Counted from the stretch's first letter, positions 1 through 9,275 are shown. The stretch: DNA of 64,000 nt from an uncultured Chlamydiae bacterium (GCA_963713615.1 CAVQMM010000001.1:3168001-3232000); one strand, 5' to 3'. Notes: generated by a model not told the origin, from the letters alone. Translations and numbers: made by a program.

Positions 1-44
1 ATGCTTTCGCCGGACAGCAAATTAAATAATTTCTTTTTTCCCAC
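1..44 (-). CDS. sctL: T3SS stator protein SctL/CdsL, N-terminal fragment (runs off the window)
   Basis: GTG at 44 reads MGKKKLFNLLSGES, resembling chlamydial CdsL N-termini; lies directly downstream of sctJ and sctK. Confidence 0.6.
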   Translation of the reverse strand, partial: MGKKKLFNLLSGES

Positions 45-47
45 AGA

Positions 48-908
48 TCACACTTGTTTATTAAAATAGTTGATCAGACCGATGACTTGTCGCAATAGCT
101 CTGTTCTGACATCTTCAGGGGGCTTACTAGCATAATTTTGCTGGATAATAGCAGCTCTGCCGGTGTCAAGAGCGCGGAGTATATACCAAATGAGATCAGG
201 GCTTTGACCTGTCAAGGCCCTTCCCAGGCGATTAAGGCCTCGCAAATGCATCTGTTGGCGCACTTTTCGGGAGTCTCCATTCCATCCGGTGAGATCCAAG
301 CGAGGAACGGTAAGTTTCTCGCGCTGTTTATACATGTAGAAGTCGAAAAACTGCTTTTCTTCATCGTTCAGACAGCTCAGGATGGCTGTCTGATGAGTTT
401 TATTGACAATGAGGCGGACCTCTTGCACAAGATCTCGCAGACCTAGCAGATCGATCAATCGCATGAGTTGAACCTTGGAGTACTCACCCAGGGGGCTAAC
501 AGGAGATGCCGTCAAATAGCTGGGAGGCAAGCGTTCTTCCTGGCTAACTTTCTCATAAAGGGTATTCAAAAGAAACTGACCCATAGGTGGAGAGGGCCTT
601 TCGGCGGGAAGAGGTAGCTTCAGTAGGCGGCACAGACCTTGTGCTTGGGCTGGCGGTAGTGCTGCTATGGTTGGTAAGCGCAAGGGTTTAGGTAATGATT
701 GGATTGCTGGTACTAACCACGAATAATGAATTCTAGCGATGCGGTCGAGAGGTTGCCTCAGTAGAGGTTCAGCATTGTTCACTGAAAGCGTACTTTTTGA
801 TAATTCTTTGCGGTAGCTTTCCGGCAGCGTTTGGCTAAGCTCCTCCGATAGACCGCCATAATAGCGGTTTAGCAGAACTTGTAGGATCATCCAGCCTTTT
901 TGTTGCAT
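48..908 (-). CDS. T3SS sorting-platform protein (CT560/SctK-like)
   Basis: 286 aa with IHYSW and LDTGRA motifs; sits between sctJ and sctL as in the chlamydial T3SS operon. Confidence 0.7.
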   Translation of the reverse strand: MQQKGWMILQVLLNRYYGGLSEELSQTLPESYRKELSKSTLSVNNAEPLLRQPLDRIARIHYSWLVPAIQSLPKPLRLPTIAALPPAQAQGLCRLLKLPLPAERPSPPMGQFLLNTLYEKVSQEERLPPSYLTASPVSPLGEYSKVQLMRLIDLLGLRDLVQEVRLIVNKTHQTAILSCLNDEEKQFFDFYMYKQREKLTVPRLDLTGWNGDSRKVRQQMHLRGLNRLGRALTGQSPDLIWYILRALDTGRAAIIQQNYASKPPEDVRTELLRQVIGLINYFNKQV

Positions 909-935
909 GCTTCTTACAGAACCCCGACGCTAGTG

Positions 936-1973
936 TTAGGTTTCTTCTTCCTCTGTTTCCTCGTGCTCAGCTTCGTCTTCCTCGTCCTTAGGCTTCTTGG
1001 CGGGTTTGGCGGGCTTGCCAGCTTTGGTAGGGTCATCGGCCGCTTTAGGTTCGTCTTTCTTGGCTAAGCCAGCAGCATCAATGCGTTTGAAAGAAAATAG
1101 CGATGTCTTAGTTGCTGAAAATGCAGGAAGAGCGCGGTACAAGAGCATAATAAAGAGAATCAGCAGGATCAGCACCGATACAAAGAAGGAGAAAAAGACA
1201 ATTCTGAAGCGTGTGACGGATTCCTTGGCCAGGATCATGGTCCAAATCGATACCAGAGGCTTGTCAGCACTGCGCATCCCCCCCTCATCAGTTGCTGGAG
1301 TGGCCTCACGGTAACGGGCGAGGTCCGGAACGACAGTCACATTGTCATAATTTAGGTCCGGAACAGAACCCGCCACGAGCCACTTAATCTTGGAGATCAG
1401 CTGGCTATTGGGATCATTTAACACACCGGTATGTTTGACGTAGACGGAAGCGGTCACCTTGCCCTTTTTGGCATTAGGATTAAGTGGATCTTCCTCCGGA
1501 AAAGAGAGCTGCACGTCGGCATCGACGATCCCGTCCATCTTGCGGATGATACTAGCGATCTGTTCTTGTAGCCCTGAGCGGTAGCGGATTTGTTGCTGCA
1601 TCTCGGAGGGAACAAGGCCCGAATCTCTGAAAAGGTCTAAGAGGCTTTGGGTGGCTCGTCGAGGCAGACCTGCTTGGCTTAATACCGCCATTGCCTCATT
1701 ACGCTGTTCAGAGGGTACAGAGATGTTCCATTTGACTATTGCTGAGCCACCACCGCCGCCGCCTTCGGCTTTGTCCTTGGAGGCTTCAATGTTTCTACCT
1801 GACAAAAATACGAGGATTTCGTTAGCTTCTCGCTCATCAAGGTCATGAGCTATCACTTCACGCGATGCGCAACCCGTTAGCGATAAAAGAATGAAGAGAA
1901 GCCCAACGAGTGTCATGGCAAAGCGAAGTGCCCGAGTCGCCGTGGTATAGTTTACGATGCTGGAAATCATCAT
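936..1973 (-). CDS. sctJ: T3SS inner-membrane ring lipoprotein SctJ/CdsJ
   Basis: Lipobox LTGC, EREANEI, GLVPSE, MDGIVDADVQLSFP, ASVYVKH, C-terminal TM segment. Confidence 0.93.
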   Translation of the reverse strand: MMISSIVNYTTATRALRFAMTLVGLLFILLSLTGCASREVIAHDLDEREANEILVFLSGRNIEASKDKAEGGGGGGSAIVKWNISVPSEQRNEAMAVLSQAGLPRRATQSLLDLFRDSGLVPSEMQQQIRYRSGLQEQIASIIRKMDGIVDADVQLSFPEEDPLNPNAKKGKVTASVYVKHTGVLNDPNSQLISKIKWLVAGSVPDLNYDNVTVVPDLARYREATPATDEGGMRSADKPLVSIWTMILAKESVTRFRIVFFSFFVSVLILLILFIMLLYRALPAFSATKTSLFSFKRIDAAGLAKKDEPKAADDPTKAGKPAKPAKKPKDEEDEAEHEETEEEET

Positions 1974-2151
1974 CTTAGTACCGAAAATATGTGCTGTTCC
2001 TGAAAATCGTGAGATTTGCCCCTGGTTTTTTACGGTATCACATTGGCCAGTTTTTCCAAACGAATCTCTCCATGAGCTGATTAATCGTGGAAAAAAGAGG
2101 GTTTTTAGTTATGCTTAGGGTATCAGAACTCCATGGCAATCAGGTGAGAAG

Positions 2152-3153
2152 ATGTTTTCGAAATTTTTAGATCCCAAAAATGATGTAGCCTTTAAGAAAA
2201 TATTCGGTACGGAAAAGAATAAAGACATCCTGATTCATTTCCTCAATGATATGATCACCTTTAAAACAAAGAAGCCTATCAAGGAGGTTTCTTTCTTGAA
2301 GACAATTCAAGATCCTGAGATTGCCGCAAAAAAAACAAGCATTGTGGATATTCTCTGCGAAGATGAAAATGGAAACCAGTACATCGTGGAGATGCAAGTT
2401 GCCAAAGAAAAAGGCTTTGAAAAAAGAGCTCAATATTATGCCTCCAAGGCCTATAGCTCCCAAGCATGCGTTACGGGGGCCTATCACGATCTTAACGAAG
2501 TGGTGTTTTTAGCAATCACTGACTTTGTCATGTTTCCACAAAAGAAGTCATTTAAATCAGATCATGTGATTTTAGATAGAGAAAGCTTGGAAAATGATCT
2601 CAAGGATTTTTCTTTTACATTTTTAGAGCTTCCAAAATTTAACAAATCGCTTGACCATTTGGGCAATATTGTTGATAAATGGACGTATTTTTTCAAAAAT
2701 GCGGAAGAGACCTCAGAAGAGGATCTTAGTAAAATCATCGGTCATGATCCAATTATAGCGAGGGCCTATAAAGAATTGAGCCGTTTTTCATGGAATGAAG
2801 CGGAATTATTAACTTATAGCCAGGCAGAAAAATACGAGGGGGCTTATCAGGCCTCTTTAGCACAAAAATTTGATGAAGGAGAAAAGAAGGGGATAGAAAA
2901 AGGTCTTCAGGAAGGAGAAAAGAAGGGGATAGAAAAAGGTCTTCAGGAAGGAGAAAAGAAGGGGATAGAAAAAGGTCTTCAGGAAGGAGAAAAGAAGGGG
3001 ATAGAAAAGGGTATTCAGGAGGGGGAAAAGAAGGCACAATTGTTGATAGCAGCTAATCTGTTGGGAAGGAATTTTTCGCCTGAACAGGTTTGTGAATTCA
3101 CAGGTTTAGAGATGGATGAATTGCCATTCTCTGATTACATTTGGACGGATTAG
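2152..3153 (+). CDS. Rpn-family recombination-promoting nuclease / PD-(D/E)XK putative transposase
   Basis: LDPKNDVAFKKIFG, VDILC, IVEMQV, RAQYY, FLELPKF, EGEKKG repeats and C-terminal FTGL motif. Confidence 0.9.
   Translation: MFSKFLDPKNDVAFKKIFGTEKNKDILIHFLNDMITFKTKKPIKEVSFLKTIQDPEIAAKKTSIVDILCEDENGNQYIVEMQVAKEKGFEKRAQYYASKAYSSQACVTGAYHDLNEVVFLAITDFVMFPQKKSFKSDHVILDRESLENDLKDFSFTFLELPKFNKSLDHLGNIVDKWTYFFKNAEETSEEDLSKIIGHDPIIARAYKELSRFSWNEAELLTYSQAEKYEGAYQASLAQKFDEGEKKGIEKGLQEGEKKGIEKGLQEGEKKGIEKGLQEGEKKGIEKGIQEGEKKAQLLIAANLLGRNFSPEQVCEFTGLEMDELPFSDYIWTD
2875..3033 (+). repeat. 36-bp tandem repeat (about 4.4 copies) encoding EGEKKGIEKGLQ
   Basis: GAAGGAGAAAAGAAGGGGATAGAAAAAGGTCTTCAG occurs three times exactly, plus one variant and a partial copy. 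Confidence 0.95.
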
Positions 3154-3193
3154 CAGATGCAGAACGGGACTAGTGGGTTAGCTATCACTCTCG

Positions 3194-4438
3194 TTAGGCT
3201 AGAAGACATCCGAAGCCGCCGTCCCAACCCTCTTGGTTAGGCAGGCAGGTTTTCATAAATGGTCCTACCTTAAGCCTCAGCCGTTGACAGGCTTTAGCGA
3301 TCAATTCTTCGTTTTCACTCGGTAATAGACTACAGGTGAGGTACCAGATTTGCCCTGCAGGAGCTAAAAGCCTTGTTGCGTGGTCTAAGAGGGTATTTTG
3401 CAATATTTCCAGCTGTCCAAGTGCTTCGGGTGTTAAACGCCACCGCGCCTCCGGCCTTTTGTTTAGAACGCCGCTATTGCTGCAAGGGACATCTAGGATA
3501 ATCAAATCGAACTTTTCGTCTGTTGGATATAGCTCTCCCTTGCGACAGGTCACTGATGCCGTGATGCCAAATTTCTGCAGGTTTTCATGTAAGGACTTAA
3601 GTCGCGCCTCTGAGGCATCATTGGCCACTAAATGCGCTTCAGGATAGAGGTCATGGACTGCAATGCTTTTGCCTCCGGGAGCAGCACAAAGGTCGAGGAT
3701 TCTTTTTGGGCACTTACTCACTTTGGCGAGTTTGGCGATTAAGTATACGGGCGTGACATTTTGGACATAGTAATCGGGTGAGGTGGTGAGCTCAGCGAGC
3801 TGAGTCGCATCGGCTACGCGAACCACTGGCAGAGGTGCGGGGTGAATGAGAGTACTCCCAAGGGGCTCGAGCCCTTGTTGACGAATACGTACCATGGCTT
3901 TGGCAGGCAGATTACCCAAAGCTAGAATCTCCTGAGCTTGTGATAGACCATAGGCGGCAATCAGTTTGTCGACATAATAATGTGGGTAAGAATAGTGCGT
4001 CGACCAAGATTCAGGATCTGCCTGAGAGGGGAGGCTAGGTTTCTTAGTGTCATAGGCACGCAAAAGGGCATTGAGGAATTTGGCAAAACCTGGATGGAAA
4101 TACTTTCTGGCAAGCTTTACGGATTCATTCACAATCGAATAGAGAGGAATACGCTCCATGAAATGTGCCTGAAACAGTGCACTGCGCAGCAATAGGCGTT
4201 CCTTGGCCTTAATGTTAAGCTTGCCAGTATTCGTGAGCTGCATGGCCATATGATCAAGGGAGTTAGCCATTTGGATTGTGCCGTAAGCAATATGGCGAGC
4301 TAATGAAATGTCTGTCGGCTTGGGTTGTTGGCTGCGTTGCCATCGCTCTAAACTTTCTGCTGCGTAGCCCTGTTCTTGAACAGATGCGAGGACCGCTAAA
4401 TAGGCGGCTTCGCGGGCATTTGGTGTCGATTCGATCAA
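3194..4438 (-). CDS. rsmB: 16S rRNA m5C methyltransferase RsmB/Sun with NusB-like N-terminal domain
   Basis: ILDLCAAPGGKS, LDVPCSNSG, YLTCS motifs; N-terminal FLNALLR. Confidence 0.9.
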   Translation of the reverse strand: MIESTPNAREAAYLAVLASVQEQGYAAESLERWQRSQQPKPTDISLARHIAYGTIQMANSLDHMAMQLTNTGKLNIKAKERLLLRSALFQAHFMERIPLYSIVNESVKLARKYFHPGFAKFLNALLRAYDTKKPSLPSQADPESWSTHYSYPHYYVDKLIAAYGLSQAQEILALGNLPAKAMVRIRQQGLEPLGSTLIHPAPLPVVRVADATQLAELTTSPDYYVQNVTPVYLIAKLAKVSKCPKRILDLCAAPGGKSIAVHDLYPEAHLVANDASEARLKSLHENLQKFGITASVTCRKGELYPTDEKFDLIILDVPCSNSGVLNKRPEARWRLTPEALGQLEILQNTLLDHATRLLAPAGQIWYLTCSLLPSENEELIAKACQRLRLKVGPFMKTCLPNQEGWDGGFGCLLA

Positions 4439-4494
4439 GTTCCTCCTCGGGGGTTAGTTTCCGATAGATAAGATACACGAAAGCTAATTTTAAA

Positions 4495-4779
4495 CCCGAT
4501 AGTGTCGCAAGGCACGACACTCGCGATGCAAACGGTTCGCTTGCTTTTAGGAGTAACACGGATGTACACGGATCTAGGAGGATAGGATGGAATGGAATTG
4601 AATTCGTGTCGATCCATTCCATCCTAAAACCATTTTTATCGTTTTAGAATAATGAACTAGTTTTTTCCATCCTACTCCTCCTAAATCCTCCTAGATCCGT
4701 GTGCATCCGTGTTACTCCTAGAAAGGCCTCACGAACCGTTTGCATCACGAGTGTCGTGCCTTGCGACGACGCTATCGGG
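4495..4779. repeat. Long palindromic element, family D (GAGTAACACGGATGCACACGGATCTAGGAGG arms)
   Basis: About 90-bp imperfect inverted arms; same motif recurs at 21010-21216 and 43194-43688. Confidence 0.85.
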
Positions 4780-5703
4780 AAAGCAGGATCGCCGAGAAGG
4801 TGGGCGTTCAGGAGTGAGTATTCCTTGCAACACCCATTCCTGGAACCAGGAATGCAAGTTTTTAGAGGCTACTTCGACGAAGGCTCCGCCTCGCTTTTCC
4901 AGCCAGTTGCAGGCTGCTGATGCGGAGCAACCTTTATTGAATAGGCGTAGCAGACGAAACTCTCCGGCTGCAAGTTCCTTCCATTCGATGTGGTTGTTGT
5001 GATTTCTAAATAGAATAAAATAAAACCTGCGACCTTGCTCCAAATCAGGAAAGGGACGTTCCAGCCAATGATCGCCATCTTCAGGCTTGATAAATTCTGT
5101 TCGAAAATTGAACAGGTGATAGGGCCAATCGAACAGACGAACGTGCGGTTGAAGATAGAGCCGAAGATTTAACAAGGCTCCTAGAGAGGTCGTATCAGTG
5201 ACCTGTGGTAGTGAGACCGATGGCATCTGGCGCGCAAAAAAGGCATCATTGTAGGCATGGTCGATTGATGCCGCATCGATGATTAAGGGACGATCCGTAT
5301 CCCAATAGGTCTCTTTCAGAAATCTTGGAAGCATCGAACTTAAAAAGGACAATGACCAGTGTTCTGGTCGGTAGCGGCAGATGTAGGGAAAACCGAACCG
5401 TTGATTGAAATCTGTGTAACCAAAAAGACGCGTGAGTAGAGGTAAGACCTCATGGAGAAGATTAAGCAGCCGCCACCAATACTGTTGGTTATAGATTTCC
5501 ATACGTTCGTGAGACTGCAGGGTAGGGCTGGGAGAGATATATTCGGCGGCCTCATCCTCCATCGGGTTTCCCTTTGGAGACAGTGGCATCATGCGATTGT
5601 CTAGATCAATAGGACGTTCGATGATACTGCCAAACCAAAGTTGTGTCAGCTTCAACTCTTCAGGGACTAGGGAGTCATACATCTGATTGGGGGCTTTCTG
5701 CAT
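4729..5703 (-). CDS. DUF2063 MNIO partner protein (BufC/HvfC-like)
   Basis: ERMEIYNQQYWWRL, LTRLFG, A-x-IDHAY motifs; 5 bp downstream of the DUF692 gene. Confidence 0.85.
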   Translation of the reverse strand: MQKAPNQMYDSLVPEELKLTQLWFGSIIERPIDLDNRMMPLSPKGNPMEDEAAEYISPSPTLQSHERMEIYNQQYWWRLLNLLHEVLPLLTRLFGYTDFNQRFGFPYICRYRPEHWSLSFLSSMLPRFLKETYWDTDRPLIIDAASIDHAYNDAFFARQMPSVSLPQVTDTTSLGALLNLRLYLQPHVRLFDWPYHLFNFRTEFIKPEDGDHWLERPFPDLEQGRRFYFILFRNHNNHIEWKELAAGEFRLLRLFNKGCSASAACNWLEKRGGAFVEVASKNLHSWFQEWVLQGILTPERPPSRRSCFPDSVVARHDTRDANGS

Positions 5704-5708
5704 AAGGT

Positions 5709-6542
5709 TCAGGCCACAACGAGGCTTTGCTGGAACTGCTTAGCTTTCAGCGCTTCATCCCAAGTTTCCTGGAAGGTAATGAAATTGTCGTCCCACTCTA
5801 GCAGGGTTGAGACCCCGCGCGTCAGAGGATAGACCTCTCCATAAATTGCCCATACCTCATCCCTGACATAGGTGTCGTGAGTATCCAAAACATAGGCACC
5901 CCTGTCGGTATGACCTGCGAGGTGTATTTGAAGAACACGATCCATTGGGAGGTTGCGATAATAGTCTTTGGGATCGAAACCATGGTTGCGGCTAGAGACA
6001 TAGATGTTATTGACGTCGAGCATCATATAGATATTGGCTTTCTCAATGACGGCGGAATAGAACTCCCACTCGGCCATTTCATCATGGCGAAAGGTAACGT
6101 ATGATGAAAGGTTTTCTAAGGCAAAGGGAAGCTCGAGGTAGTCTTGGACGATACGTGCACGTTCTGCAACGTAATCGATGACCTTCTGGGTATAAGGAAG
6201 TGGGAGTAAGTCGTGGTAGTGAGCTCCTGGAAGACGTCCCCAACAGAGATGATCAGATATCCATGGTGTTTTGGTTCTCTTGGCGAGAGCTTTGACACGC
6301 TTGAGGTATTCGAAGTCCAGTGGATTGGGGCTTCCGATGGCTAATGAGACGCCATGCTGTACTACAGGATATCGCTCCAAGATACGGTCGAGATTTTCTA
6401 GAGCCTTTCCGCCATCGACGAGGAAGTTTTCCGTGATAATTTCAAACCAATCGATATTGGGTTGATGAGTGAAAATATCTTGAAGATGAGGGATGCGGAG
6501 GCCGATGCCAATGCCAAGGTTTGGTGGAAATTGTGCTGTCAT
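5709..6542 (-). CDS. DUF692 multinuclear non-heme iron oxidative enzyme (MNIO; BufB/MbnB family)
   Basis: GIGLR, FEIITENF, HGVSL, SDHLCW, DLLPLP, LENLSSY, LDVNNIYV, IHLAGH, DTH, LLEWD motifs. Confidence 0.96.
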   Translation of the reverse strand: MTAQFPPNLGIGIGLRIPHLQDIFTHQPNIDWFEIITENFLVDGGKALENLDRILERYPVVQHGVSLAIGSPNPLDFEYLKRVKALAKRTKTPWISDHLCWGRLPGAHYHDLLPLPYTQKVIDYVAERARIVQDYLELPFALENLSSYVTFRHDEMAEWEFYSAVIEKANIYMMLDVNNIYVSSRNHGFDPKDYYRNLPMDRVLQIHLAGHTDRGAYVLDTHDTYVRDEVWAIYGEVYPLTRGVSTLLEWDDNFITFQETWDEALKAKQFQQSLVVA

Positions 6543-6576
6543 AGGAGAAGCCTGGTACAGTATCCAGATGCAAACA

Positions 6577-6602
6577 ACGGCCGCCCCCGAAGGGGCGGCC
6601 GT
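6577..6602 (-). terminator. GC-rich hairpin with UUCG tetraloop between precursor and MNIO genes
   Basis: Minus strand ACGGCCGCCCC-TTCG-GGGGCGGCCGT followed by TGTTTG (weak U tract). Confidence 0.75.
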
Positions 6603-6644
6603 AAGGAGTTCAACGATCTTGTTCGATCCAAGCCGAGGCTTAGA

Positions 6645-8446
6645 CTATCTGTTCTTGTTGCTATTGAACGGATCCTTGTTGATCATATGAGTGCGCTTAT
6701 CATGCATAGCAGCGACGTGCACGGCAAGATTTTTATCGGTATATGCACCAGCTGCTGTATTCTTGCAGCCGCCTTTACCTGCGCAATCGTTTTTTGGGGG
6801 GTTGCTGCAGGAGTTGAGTCCTTTGCAGCTATTTGTCCCCTTACATGTTTGGTTGGCTAGCTCAAGAGCTAATGTTTGGCCTTCTGGACTCAGGGAATTC
6901 CACTCTGCTTTGCCGGACTTGTTCAATAGGGTAACAAGTGTTTGTCTATCCAACTGAGGTGTTGCGGCAACATTATCGTTAAGGCTTAGAAAACCGCCAC
7001 CGCCCTGTGAAGCGCTAGCGTTGTTCTTCTTGCCATTATTTTTTCCAGAATTATTTTGGCCAGAGTTGCTCTTGGTACCACTATTGGTATTGTTGCTTTT
7101 GCCAGCATTGGTTGGTGCTATAGAATCGCTATCAGCAGTGACGCCACCTCTACGTGTTGTAGGGGCTCCCCACTGATTGTCATCCCAGGTAATCTGTCCA
7201 CCAGAACCTCCACCCTGGCTGCTGTTACCAGCACCTTTGGAGGTGTTGCCTTTTGAGCTGTTACCCTTGGTACTATTGCCACCTTGTTGAGGTGCGCTGT
7301 CATCGCCCCAGGCCAACTTACCACCGGCAGCGCCTCCGCCAGCGCCAGTACCTCCGCCAGAGCTTCCGCCTTGGCCGCTGTTGCCAGCGCCAGAGCTTCC
7401 ACCTTGGCCGCTGTTGCCAGTGCTTCCGCCAGTGCTGCCGCTAAAGCTTCCGCCTTGGCTGCTGTTGCCAGCGCCCTTGGTCGTGTTGCCTTTGCTGGCG
7501 TTGCCACTTTGTTGAGGTGCGCTGTCATCGCCCCACGCCCACTGACCGCCGGCACCTTTGTTGGTGCTGCCGCTATTATTTTTCCGGAATTATTTTTTCC
7601 GGAATTGTTGCTGCTGTTACCGGCATCGGCAAATTTAGGGGGGTTAGTGTTGCCTTTGGAGCTATTGTTGCCCTTGGTATTGTTGCCGCCTTGCTGAGGT
7701 GCAGTGTCATCGCCCCAGGATAGCTGACCTGGTGTCTTAGTGGCATTTGTTGAAGCACCACTGCTATTTTTGGTTCCAGCACCCCTTACATTCTGCCCGC
7801 CGGTTTGACCAGGATTAGCGCCTTGGCCGCCGCCGCCATTGCCTGAGCCACCAGTACCGGAGCCGTTGCAGCCTGCGCTATTATTGCAGCCAGCTACATT
7901 GCGGTTCGTGTTGTTGGAGCGGTTATTGCGGTTGGCATTAGGGCTAGCTTGTGCACCCAGAGAGCCTTGGTCGTCGGATAGGGAAACTTTACCGCCGGAA
8001 TTGGATTTTCCAGTGCCTTTAGCGCCGCCGGGAGGACGAGCTCCGCTATCGCTTCTAGGGCCGCTCTGGCCGTTACAACCTGAGTTGCCGCCTCTGCCAT
8101 TGTTGTAATTGTCATAACCACCGCCACGGTTGTCATAGCCGCCATTATTGTCATAGCCATTACCGCCACCGCCGCCACCACAGCCGCCTTGGCAGCCGCT
8201 GCCCCAACGGCCATGGCTAGCATCTTCCCCAACGCTAGGACTAGCGATGAGACGAGCTAGAAGTTGGCCTTCTTCGTCCAAGCTACGGAATAGTTGTTGA
8301 TCTTCCTGGCTTAGAGAGCTGAGGAAATCCTGCTCTGCCACACTGCTTGTTCCATAATCGGTCGCCGCAAGCTCGCCTTGGTTCGCCAACATGATTCCAC
8401 TGGCTAACCCGAGCAGGGCGAGTTTCTTCAGGTCTCTTTTCTTCAT
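6645..8446 (-). CDS. Large secreted Gly/Asn/Ser-rich, Cys-containing MNIO precursor (bufferin-like C-terminus), split by a 1-bp frameshift at 7579-7583
   Basis: Signal peptide MKKRDLKKLALLGLASGIMLA; adding one A to the A5 run joins ORFs 7118-8446 and 6645-7316 into 600 aa; C-terminal CKGTNSCKGLNSCSNPPKNDCAGKGGCK. Confidence 0.8.
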
Positions 8447-8966
8447 GGAATGACTCCTTGCATGGTTGTTGAAAGGGTAACCCCTAGGTTGCCCGTGTGC
8501 TTCATTTTAGAGCGCTGCCACCATAGGTTGAGCATAATCGTTGTAAGTGTGTTGTACTCAAAAAATTAATGGGAATGCAAGAAAAAAATAAAAAGATCAG
8601 AGATTCAGGCGGATGGACTAAAGGATAAAAGCGACATAAAGGACATAAAGGACGTCTGCAATTACCTCCAAAAGACTTAGGAAGTAAATTTCTACAGGTC
8701 CTTTAGAGGTAATTGCAGAAGTCCGATTTTCCGAATTCAATTTCCTGAAAATCGGATGCCGGTGAAGAGAGAGCCATTCCCTTCCCAGGCCCGAAGGGTC
8801 GATATTGCAACAGGCCAGGGCATCGCCCTGGTATACGCCAAGAGAGGATATCGCAGTCTGAAAGACTGCCACAAGACGCTGGTTTGCATAGACCATTTAT
8901 GCATGCCTTTTATCGCAGTCCTTCAGACTGCGAAATCCCTTCCTGGCCTATACCAGGGCGATGCCC

Positions 8967-9275
8967 CATAGGCCTCAACCTAACAGGTCTTTTGAGCTTA
9001 TATCTCAATGACTTAGGACTTCACAATCGTATCTCGGCGCGCAGCGCTTTGGAGTGCGGTCGCTTGCGACCGCTTTTCGTTCCTTGGGACGGCAATGCTA
9101 AACGGCATTGTATGGATTCGTCGAAGGCTGCATGTACTAACTATTTTACCCTTAGGGAATTATAGTAATGCCGTTGCACACGACCGTCGCAAGGAACCCA
9201 AAGCGGTCGCAAGCGACCGCACTCCAAAGCGCTGCGCGCCGAGATACGATTGTTAGGCTTAGGTTGAGGCCTATG
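8967..9275. mobile_element. MITE with CATAGGCCTCAACCTAA termini and an 11-bp TSD
   Basis: Terminal inverted repeats (TIRs) at 8967 and 9275; GGGCGATGCCC duplicated at 8956-8966 and 9276-9286. Confidence 0.8.
9021..9253. repeat. REP-like palindrome family A (GCGCTTTGGAGTGCG...CGCACTCCAAAGCGC)
   Basis: Long inverted arms; copies at 14754, 23098 and 38387. Confidence 0.85.

Noticed and set aside
7118..7578. Ala-rich helical C-terminus (ALATAAKAEAL) of the 442-aa ORF
   Set aside because: It is the out-of-frame reading of GNSGQGGSS repeats after the frameshift.
8540..8580. Promoter TTGCAT-N18-TACAAC with a TACAAC direct repeat upstream of the precursor
   Set aside because: Weak match in AT-rich DNA; cannot be supported without TSS data.
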